The position numbers and the translations under genes are program-made. A stretch of DNA of 64,000 bases from Antedon mediterranea (Eukaryota; Animalia; Echinodermata): the NCBI RefSeq assembly GCF_964355755.1, contig NC_092679.1, positions 22,117,432 through 22,181,431 of the forward strand, read 5' to 3'. The notes under the pieces are model-generated. The model saw nothing but the letters and a program-made list of their open reading frames with translations. It was not told where the DNA came from and did not search any database. Shown here in pieces: positions 53,151-64,000 of the stretch (position 1 is its first letter; each line of letters opens with the position of its first letter).

Positions 53151-55277
53151 GTCATGTATTTCTCAAACTTGTAGCAAACAGATTCAAACACGTGGTCTAT
53201 AAGCCATTGACCATTGACCTACTTACATACATTATGCTTGAGACAACGGTACACGGATTATACTATAATCTATGATGCTAAATATAAATTTTATAACAGT
53301 ACATTTGATGACGATAATATTTGATAATTTTTAGAAATTTAGTAAAGAAAGTACTTGGAATTTGTCAGCTAATACGTGTCCAATATCTTTATCCGTATTA
53401 TGTTTTAATTTATATAGTTTTGGGGGGTAAACGACGAAATGAGATTGCAAAGTATTATCTATCAACATATTACTAATACTAAATCAAAAATATTGCAGTA
53501 TTTTATATCATATTAAAACCAATGTTTTCATATTTAATATTAAAACCATGGATATATTGTCATACGCCCGTGATTCGTCAATTTAATTTTTTTTCAGACC
53601 GGCGAAGTTGCCCTTTAACAGCCTTCATATCGCTTTAAGCTACTACTATATGACTCTGAACTTTCGATTATCCTTCTACAAATCTCATAAAGCAGCAGAG
53701 GTTCATTTTACAATAAGAGATTTTCTAGCCCAACGTTATTATTAATATGTCGTTATTTCACATAGCACGGATTCTCAATATCAGAGCAAATATTAACGTT
53801 CGAGTATTTATGAAACATATTGAAACAGAATATGAATAATATGCAAATTATACTGATAACGAAGATTATTATAATAATAGTTAATAAAACCTGGTACTGC
53901 ATGTAAATATAGACGCAAGCGAATTGTCGCTAATTATGATAATGATATTAATGATATTAATAATAAAGCCTTGAATACAGTTAGTGATAAAGCTTGATTT
54001 CCACGAGAATTGAACGTACGTGTGAGACTTGATCAATTACAGCCGCGATTAATGCCACTTGTAGTTCGTCAATTGCGTTCACACGTGCACGTAGGCCTAC
54101 TTACGCCGTTACGTCACAAGTGTTGTGTTGTTGTTACTGATGATAGCGATGATAAGGATAAAGGATGATGAATGTTGGTGTTTACTGATAATGTGTTTCA
54201 TAATATAAAATAGTAATGTGATTGTGTTGTGCTTGGCATGAGTTATACATGCTATAACATTAAAATATTGTACCATGCATGATTAAACACATATATTTTA
54301 TCTAATTTTATCTCTGTCGTTGAAATAGGGAGTCATCGATCACGTTGTAATAAACACATTCCTTATTAAATATTTAATCAGCATGTACGAGAATAATATT
54401 ACCATATACCAATAATATTAAATTTATATCACCTACTAATATATAGCTTATTGGTTACTCTACCGTTGACAATAGATCCTTCCTAATTCATCTGACTTGA
54501 TCAAAATTAAACACGACTAATATATTTTATAATATATCGATCTTTGCCCTATAGAATATTATACAATTCTTATTTCGACGGCACTTCATCCCATGATGTT
54601 TAAAGCAAACAAAGGCCCCTGAGCGATGGCTTTTGTTAGTCGGGCTCTTTGCAAACAAACCGTCGCGTGGCAACGGTTGTAATTAACACAGCGCTGGCGT
54701 TCCATAGTGGACAGTGCCCGATGGTTAAATATCGACGTATTATATCGTTCGGTATATTTACTAAGAAGGATATGCTTGATTTCGGTAGAAATCAACCACC
54801 GTAGGCCTAATTACAATAATTACAAATACACGACTCTACGCTGTATGTCTTTCAGTTCGATGCGTAAAGAAATTAAACAAATTGTTGTAAACATGGTTTA
54901 TTTTTACATGCTCGACGACGATTTCATCGTGAGAGCTTAATTTATGTGGCATCCGTGAAGCATGCTTAATAATATATGCTTTAAAACATGGAGGTAGTGA
55001 TCACGTGTTTCAATTTCTAGTCGATATTATCCGATTGATGACCGGATCTGTTGTCGAATAAAAACGGTTGTTAATGTTAGAAATGTTATACAAAACCTCT
55101 TTGTTTGTTGATACAATTGAGTGGTGTATTATTTGTTTTTAAACGCAATGCTTTTTTTAAAATGTTTTTTTTTCCGCAAAGCTGTAAACCAATACACAGA
55201 CAATAATATCATATAGTTACAGGATAACATTGAATGTAAGATGTCTGCATATCTGCATAAAGTGAATAAATAATGAA

Positions 55278-55600
55278 ACGGACTATTCAGCAACAATTTT
55301 TTTGTACAAATTATTTTTCTAGGGGAAAATATCTTGAACGAAAACAAAATTAGAATAACTTCTTATCATTTCGTATACAAAATCTGATCATCCAGTTGGC
55401 TTTTTGTTTGCTTTAAATTACATTATTTAGGTAAATCAATTTTTTTTTCATCCAATTTTTTGTTAAAGTGAATTAACTATTAAAACGGCCTATTCAGCAA
55501 CAATTTTTTTTTACAAATTATTTTTCAAGGGGACAATATCTTTTAACGAAAACAAAATCATAATAACTTCATATCATTTCGTATACAAAATCTGATCAAT
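55278..55600. repeat. Local direct duplication of about 110 bp with a period of about 210 bp
   Basis: CTATTCAGCAACAATTTTTTT...CGTATACAAAATCTGATCA occurs twice. Confidence 0.75.
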
Positions 55601-57392
55601 TTGTAATTAGTGGCTGTCATTCATCATGATTCGAGTTTCTTTATGGTATTGTTATTGGAGATAGTCGGCGTTCCGTATTGATTACATTAGCCCAAGAGAT
55701 TATTGGCCAATAGGAGGCGTCTAGTCTGCTGCGCCATCTGCAATCTTCGTGTTCAGTAAAAACAACTATATAACCATGTTTCCTATCTGAAATACTTAAC
55801 TATGACGATAATTACTCTGTAAAATATAAACAAATCCCATATTATTTACGGTTCTTGTCTTTCACTATATTTTTTTTTTATATATCGATAGATACTATAT
55901 ATATATATACTGAAATGGTGCCTGATGGTTGATAATTCGGTTCACATGACGATAATTACATGTAAAATATATAAACAAAATCCCATTTTATTTACGTCTT
56001 TGTGTTTCATGTTGGCATTTTTGAAAATATTATAATTAGTTGGCGTTTCATAGTGAAAAGGCATGCCCAATCGTAATAGTGATTCCTTTAGGGGCCTACT
56101 AATGCTAATTACTCAGTATATTAATCCTATACCGTCCTTGTTGGTGCTTTAATTTTATATGCCTTGGTTGGCGTTTTATGAAATGGTGTTCGATAAGTTA
56201 TAGTGATTTCGTTTACATGATAAATAATTACAAAAAAAACACCATTTTATTTACGTCTTTGTGTTTTATAATGGTGTTTTTTAATAGATTTAGTTGGCGT
56301 TTCATAGTGACTTTAGTGATTCCGTTTAGGCCTAAAACGAATAATTCAAAATCTATGTCTATAAAACAAGCGGTTTTTATTATTATATTATATATTATAA
56401 ATACGATTCTATTATATTTCCGTCTTTTTCTTTCATGTGCTTTTTAGATTAGTTGGTGTTCAATAGTTAAATAACGTTAGATGGAATAATCCGGGCAGTA
56501 ATGCAAATAGAGCCTACAAGCGATTTTGAAACTCTACATACAACCAACTTTGATTCATATTGTTCCTATCAGGAGAGATAGGGTGGTCTAAGCTCGTTCT
56601 TTTAGGCCTAGATGGTGTTCATCCTAAGAACTGTAAAGGATAACCTTAAGCTGTCTTAGGTAAAAATAATATTTTCACATATCAATCAACCAATCAATCA
56701 AAAACATTGTTGTAATCGTCTTCATCGAAGTCAGGCCTAAAGGCCTATTGTAATATATTTATATATATAAACAGATAGGCCTACCGATAATTCATACCGT
56801 AGCTATAGACCCCAAAAAAAGCAAGCTAGGTAGGGCATTTCCTCATGGATTCAACAGAAACCAAACCAAAACGAACATACAACTATAGCTTTTTGTATGT
56901 AACAACTTCCTTATTGAACTATTACTTATATCATGTCATCTATAGGCATCTATAGCTTATTTTTTCTTTTATGTTGATGTTTTTAAATTTGTATTTTGAG
57001 AGATTCACAACTACAGAAAATGACATGCCAGATGCTAAATAATTGAATTGAATTGTATATAGTTTAAATCATTGTACAAAAAAAAAACCTGGAAAAATGT
57101 GTAACATAAAGTTCTATGAGTTAATTGTATATAAAAAACCCTAATTCGTTGAAAAGCATTTGATCTAACACATACGTACATAAGGAGGCCTATCTATATA
57201 TGTTATTATCATATCGGAAATATAAGACAGAGTCGGTACAAAACTTGTTATCAATTAAGATGATGATAATTTGTTCTATCGTATTATTTATTAAAAGTTT
57301 ATTTTAAATTGATTTTTTGCCTATAATAGGCTTTTATATATCGTCGTTAGTTCTAGTGCCGAACAAGCCTTTGAACATCGTGTATCATCATA

Positions 57393-57778
57393 TACTGTTG
57401 GCCTACACTATACAGATAGGCCTACTGTTGGCCTACACTATACAGATAGGCCTACTGTTGGCCTACACTATACAGATAGGCCTACTGTTGGCCTACATTA
57501 TACAGATAGGCCTACTGTTGGCCTACACTATACAGATAGGCCTACTGTTGGCCTACATTATACAGATAGGCCTACTGTTGGCCTACCCTATGCAGATAGG
57601 CCTACTGTTGGCCTACCCTATACAGATGGGCCTACTGTTTGCCTACCCTATGCAGATAGGCCTACTGTTGGCCTACACTATACAGATAGGCCTACTGTTG
57701 GCCTACACTATACAGATAGGCCTACCCTATACAGATGGGCCTACTGTTGGCCTACCCTATGCAGATAGGCGTACTGTT
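57393..57778. repeat. 30-bp minisatellite (about 12 copies)
   Basis: Unit CTACTGTTGGCCTACACTATACAGATAGGC. Confidence 0.95.
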
Positions 57779-58994
57779 TTAACGGCCGATTCTCTACTGT
57801 AGGCCTATTTCTACATTACACGTCTTCTTGCAATGCAATGTCATACACATATGGCGCCTGTAATATACAGTATTAGGTTAGACCATGACATAGTATGCGA
57901 CAATGCATTACATAATTTGCCTCCTGTGACACTGGTGACAATTACATATACAGAAGCGTACAGAATCGTCTAATATTAGAATATTATGCCTATAACTATA
58001 CCATACCACAGCACAGGCCTACCATTTTATATGACCTCGACTTAAAATCAGAAAGTGACGACTTAACATTAAGAAAGTCACTTAAAAAAATTGACTAAAT
58101 ATAATTCCTTCTTAAAATGATTGAATTCATTGTATAATTTAAATCTAATAAATGTAATATTTATTAAATTACTGATTCAATTGTGCATTCTTCCAAAATT
58201 ACAAAAAGATCGATTTATTAAATTAGAATAATAATCCAATCTTGTTAGAAGCATGATGAGTGATATGGCGTTTTCGTCAATCTAATATCTGACTTTTCTG
58301 GCGGCGTTAAAAGGCTTTGATCGCGCAATAATATGACGTCATTTATGAATATTCATATAATTAAAAGTGTCATCCGATTTTTTTTCGGTATAGCATTTAT
58401 TTCGTCAAAAAAGACAATATAAAACTATGATTGACTTATCTATTATCATTCTTATATTCTTATCTATTCTACTATAGTAAAGACTTCTGGTTGAAAAATG
58501 AAGTTCTAGGTCTAAATATCTATTATTATGAAAAAAATATCTATATTTGGACATAAATATGATAATAATACTATCAATAATTATAATTAAATGTTTTACT
58601 AAATAGTATTTATAAAATAACTATATCAATTACCTTATATCTTTATCTATTCTACTGCATTATATGAGTCTTAATTAAAAAAAATCTCTAAATCTAAGGG
58701 TTAACACCTATACTGAAATTGTATATGTAATATCTTAATACGATACTAGACAGTGTAAAGCCGATCTGTAATAATCTCAGTTTTTATGCACGCGGATATA
58801 AATCCCTTCAACTCATAAATTATACGGTATATAAATGAAATCTACAAAGGGTAACCGTTCCATTACGCTTCGGTATGACGCGCCAAGTGTGCATTTATAC
58901 GGGAAAAACTATCTCGGTTATTTTCTCTATTAAAACTATACGATAGTCCTGTTATTAAAACAGAAATATTACTATATATTATAAAAATAATATA

Positions 58995-59136
58995 AAGCTC
59001 TGTCTACACTATCAAACTAGTTTGATAAAAAAAAACTCGGTGATGTGCCCAATAAGAGTGATATGACATCATCATGTCCATATATAAAGGCCTACATTTT
59101 TTGTCACATAAAGTTTGATAGTGAAAACAGAATTTT
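58995..59136. mobile_element. MITE family A copy
   Basis: AAGCTCTGTCTACACTATCAAACTAG ... AGTTTGATAGTGAAAACAGA. Confidence 0.75.
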
Positions 59137-60409
59137 AAATATCTTTATTTCAAAATAAATTACAACACTTGGCGCTTCATAGTTTCCCATTATTTATTCG
59201 TATGCATACAGTACCAGACAGAATGTATAATGTCGATGAAGAATTTAATATATATTATTTAATATTGGAGATTTTTAATGGTTGTATCATTATAGGCCTA
59301 ATATGCGACAAATAGTTTGATCAATATTGTAGCTAAGATATGTGTGTGTTTTAATATGTTGATGATTATATGATTGATGAGGAGGCAACATTTATAATTT
59401 TTAATAAAACAATCTAATAAAGATGACGATGGTTAATTATATGCTAATAATATGTGAAAATAATATTATAACGAAGCAACACTATATATATAAGCCCTGG
59501 TGAAAGAAAGTGTTTTCCGAAAGCTATTTATCACTTCGTTTTAGATGTTTTACTTTATTGTTTTGCTTTAGCTGTTTGATTATTTTATTTGTATCGTCAT
59601 TATTATTATTATTGAGACCGAAACACTGCTATGTTAATTATAAATTGAGTAAGTAATTGTGCCTTTAGATTAATATTATAATGATCGATATGACGCAATG
59701 ATAACGTGAAGATGATAATGAAAATACCAACATTTTCTGTCCCATTTTTATTATTATAAGAAATTAGTGCGTAATCAATATTTAATGGTTGTTATCGGTC
59801 CCAGTGGTATATCCAGTGGTTGTTGCTACATTTATATCTCTGATCTCCGGTAATGTGCTTTGTGAATTCATCGGCCACTAAACTCGTAAATACACCATCA
59901 ATCAGCATATAGGCCCATGCTGACATGTGCTAGAAATAGGCTGGCCACGAACACGCCATATGGTACGGACTAGCCTACACGCTATAAATTACATTTATAG
60001 TCACTAATATCAATATTTATAATATATTTGTATAATAATGTACTAGGCTATACGTGTACGAGTTATTTTAAAACTAGGTTAGTTCCATCTAGACAATGTG
60101 TAGGCCTATCTGTCTGTATGTGGACTATTGTTATCACTGTTAAGAGGCCCTGGGAAAGCAGTTATACTCCGGTGCTAAAACTAAAGATAAAAGACAAGCC
60201 AAATATCTAGGCCTAAATATCGTTTTACATCGGGTCGATGAATCTCGGTCATACACGAGGTAGTCCCATTTGGGCGCATTGACATTTTTTTTCTGTAAAA
60301 TGTTTAGGCGGATTTGAACCATATCGCTTAGCATCGAACCAAAACGTTTGAAATTAAATTAAAGTTAAAGTTTGAACTATGCAGTCAGAATTGCTGCATG
60401 CGTTTCAGA

Positions 60410-60720
60410 TGCATTTAGAATTATTCCATAGCGTTTAAAATTGACCCGGGCGTCTAGAATTTACCTATAGTGTTTAGAATTTACCTATAGCGTTTAGAAT
60501 TTACCCATAGCGTTAAGAATTTACCCATAGCACATTCAGAAGTTACCCATAGCGTTTAGAATTTATCCATAGCGTTTAGAATTTACCCATAGCGTATAGA
60601 ATTTACATATAGCGTTTAGAATTTACCCATACCGTTTGAAATTGAGCCGAGCGTCTAAAATTGAGCCGAGCGTCTAAAATTGACCTATGGGCGTTTAGAA
60701 TAGATCTATAACGTTTCGAA
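60410..60720. repeat. Minisatellite of about 20 bp (AGCGTTTAGAATTTACCCAT)
   Basis: More than 12 degenerate tandem units. Confidence 0.9.
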
Positions 60721-61538
60721 TAATTCCATATATAATTAACCTAATGTTTAAAATTGACCAATGGCGTTTAGAATTGAAGGAATACACTTTTGAAATGTAA
60801 GTATACAAAATGTTCTTAATATTGATAATAATTAAAAAGCAAAAAAAAAAACAGGTATATCATACTTAAAAAATTGGCTTATGCAATGTAGGATATGTTT
60901 ACAAATGTATATATTAAACATCATGCATATCGTACTTTAAAAAATGACTTCAGTAGAATATGTTTACAAATGTGTATATTAAATATTATATTAAACTATT
61001 ATACATTATACGGATGTGATTTGACATTTGAATAATAAGACCATCTTAATAATTAACAATTGAATTATCGTCACTATTTTTGTAGGTCAAATATAACATT
61101 AAAATGATTAATTGATTACGATCAAAACACATTTAACACTATGGGGAAAAGGGTTCCATGATTTGTGACTCGATGGAGATTGTCGTAAAATGTCGACGAC
61201 TGCCGCTGTGCACAGATAACGAATTCCGGTGGGCGGTTCTTCTACAAATATCTCATGGGTTAAATTAATCATGTGGGAACTAAATGACGTCACAAATGCA
61301 TACGGTTACCATGGTAATCATTCAAGTGCTGCACGGATATGAAATTGTGAATAGCGAGACAAACGATGATAGTTGATAAGAAGAAACAATATTGGCGGAA
61401 TATTGTTATCTAATAAGGGAAGTGAGAGATGAACAAGATACTTATATTTTATTATTATTAATTTAGTTGCGCATTTGTTTTGCGTACGCGTAGCTTATGG
61501 TTCGCTCGCGCGTTCTTTGCGTTGTGGTTGTCTTCCTT

Positions 61539-61720
61539 AAGCTTGGTTCCCACTAGAACGTAACGCAAGGACGTAAACGCAACGCAAGCGTTTTAACCAA
61601 TGACAAGCGAAGTTATAGACAGTTAGCAATCACAAGCGAATAAGCCATCGCTTGTGATTGGTCAATTCACTTGCGTTGCGTTACGTCCTTGTGTTGCGTC
61701 GCTAGTGGGAACCACGCTTT
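61539..61720. mobile_element. MITE family B, full-length copy
   Basis: AAGCTTGGTTCCCACTAG...CTAGTGGGAACCACGCTT with TAA/TTA flanks; a degenerate partner lies at 61932-62055. Confidence 0.85.
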
Positions 61721-63039
61721 ACTCATTACCACCGCCAAATCTGTGGTGTTTTTAGACTTTTTTGTTCTTATAATTCGCAACTAATCTTATAATCATAAAA
61801 TAATAAAATGTAAGCCTATCACTAGTATGTGCGAATAATTTAGTTAGAAGTTTTTTTTTGTCTGTCTGCCTGTTCGACTCACGACCATGAAACATGGTTC
61901 AGGCAAATAAGCAGAATTGTCATGGATGAATAAGCTTAACGTAAGCACAACGCAAGCGATTTGACCAATGACAAGCCACTGTTCGGATAATCTGTCGCTT
62001 GTGATTGGCCAGCCCCTGTTGCGTTGCGTCCTATTGGGAAACAACCAAGCATTAAAATACGCATGCTACTTAGTATGATCGAAATTTGAAACAAAAAATC
62101 GAATGCACCGTAATTAAATAGTTCTAAGACTTGATAACGGTAAGTTTATAATGCTTTATAAAACTCTATAATATTAAAAATGAAATTTATTGCTTTTTCA
62201 TCTCAATAATACTGAAGTATCCGTTGGACGTTAATCGATGTTTATTTGCAGTTTCCATAGTAACCAAGTCATAAAAATCAACATCATGTTATATTAGACA
62301 AGGTTATTACAGACATAATTCAAGCTCTAAAAATATTATTATGTAAATTACAATGTAGCCTATTGTTGATATTCATGGATTGGTTTATTACATAACGCAT
62401 TTTAAAATGTAATACTAAGTGGATTCGGCTATTGTTATGCTAACAAACCGTTGTTCATTAGTCTATAGAACATGTCATTCAATAGTTAATCTCTGACATC
62501 GCGAAAGAGATACACGAGGTCTACACATACGCGCACCATTCGTATTGAAACGCGCATATTTGTCGGCGTTCAAAGAAAATAAACAATTACGTACGCGCGC
62601 GGTTTGTGTTGAGACGCGCATATATTTGTCGGCGTTCAAAGGGCAATTACGTAATATAACCTGTATATGATAGTTTGTTTGATATTAATTTTGCCTGTAT
62701 TTAGGTAATTATGATTATTACAAGATAAATTAATTGAAATATATACTTGTTAAGAACCAAATAAACATATTTGTATTTTTAAAGTTTTATACCACTTTAA
62801 TTGCCATTTCTTGTGTATTGCTTGTAGTCTTGTTATTGAAATTAAATTGAATGAATAAATGAATATAATAAAAATATGATAATACATATCAACAAGAATA
62901 TGAACATGACACCCACTCAGTGACACGACCTTTGACCGACTGTATTTATATGAAAGTTAATTATGATTCAGTATAAATAATTGGATTGTTTGGTCATTCA
63001 ATCACTGTAAAATGTGGCTACTAATGAAGTTGATGACAG

Positions 63040-63620
63040 TGATGGTTGATGATGATGATAATAATATTAACAATACAGTACTAATTATGATGATGACATT
63101 AATGATAGCCAATGATGAAGATGATGATTTTGAAGATGATGATGATGATGAAAGCCAATGATAATAATGATTATGATGGTGATGAAAGCCAATGATGATG
63201 ACGATTATGATAAAAGCTAATGATGATGATGATGATGATGATAAAAGCCAATGATGAGATGATGATGATTATGATAAAAGCTGCTGATGAAGATGATGTT
63301 GATGATTATGATAAAAGCCAATGATGAAGATGATGATGATGATTATGATAAAAGCCAATGATGATGATGATGATGATAAAAAGCCAATGATGAAGATGAT
63401 GATGATGATAATGATAAAAGCCACTGATGAAGATGATGATGATTATGATAAAAGCCAAAGATGAGGATGATGATGATAAAATGATAAAAGCCAATGATGA
63501 ATGATGATGATAACGATGATGATGATGATGATGATGATGGTAATGATTATTGTAAAAGCCAATGATTACGATGATGATGATGATGATAATTATGATAAAG
63601 CCAATGATGAACATGATGTT
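63040..63620. repeat. (GAT)n compound satellite with GATAAAAGCCAAT interruptions
   Basis: Low-complexity array. Confidence 0.9.
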
Positions 63621-64000
63621 AATATATGTTGAAATTGACAATTATGACAATTGTTATATACGTGACGACGCTGAAACTGGAAGGTTATGACGTATGATGG
63701 TGATAAGGAGTACCGGTATATGATATAGACAACAAGAAACAGTATTGTAACAAATTCAATATCATTATATGTTTTAAAGAACAACCTAATCCACGTCATT
63801 TCTTTGAACTCGTATACTCTAATAATAATTTACATTTATAACCAATAAACTAACGGTTGTAACGTTCGTAGAGTCTTCTCCTCCCATAAACACGTTGTCA
63901 TTTCTATTCCCAACGGAACAATAACTCGCGACGTCGTCTACGCCTGCCTAATCATTACTTTCGACATCATTGTAATGTTCATTTATTACACAGACCTACA

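Noticed and set aside
57317-57802. 161-aa ORF of repeated LLAYTIQIG, and a possible CRISPR-like look
   Set aside because: Translation of a 30-bp head-to-tail minisatellite; no spacers, no cas genes, eukaryotic intron.
63306-63641. His/Ile-rich ORF
   Set aside because: Artefact of the (GAT)n satellite.

Overview
AT-rich, intron-containing animal genomic DNA, probably a marine invertebrate deuterostome such as an echinoderm (inferred from gene content and composition, not proven). Gene order: 3' end of BRF1 (+); single-domain phospholipase B1-like GDSL lipase (-); PAF1 (-) head-to-head with MED29 (+); a giant (about 3,500-3,600 aa) single-pass receptor with 27 thrombospondin-1-type repeats, EGF, CCP/sushi, many cadherin repeats, EGFs and a TM helix (+); KLHDC3 (-), whose first coding intron contains a complete antisense NB-ARC/STAND NTPase-TPR gene with no N-terminal effector domain (+); and exon 1 of a THIK-type K2P channel (KCNK13/12-like, +) followed by more than 11 kb of intron. 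Non-coding features include a 5S rRNA-headed SINE-like element, a 336-bp TIR element with a perfect 9-bp TSD carrying a tRNA-like Pol III cassette, two MITE families, several minisatellites (one amplified from a coding exon end) and a strongly enriched TAGGCCTA palindrome. Exon boundaries were assigned by eye from GT/GC-AG signals and reading frame and may be off by a few bases. Homology calls rest on recalled motifs, not database searches.
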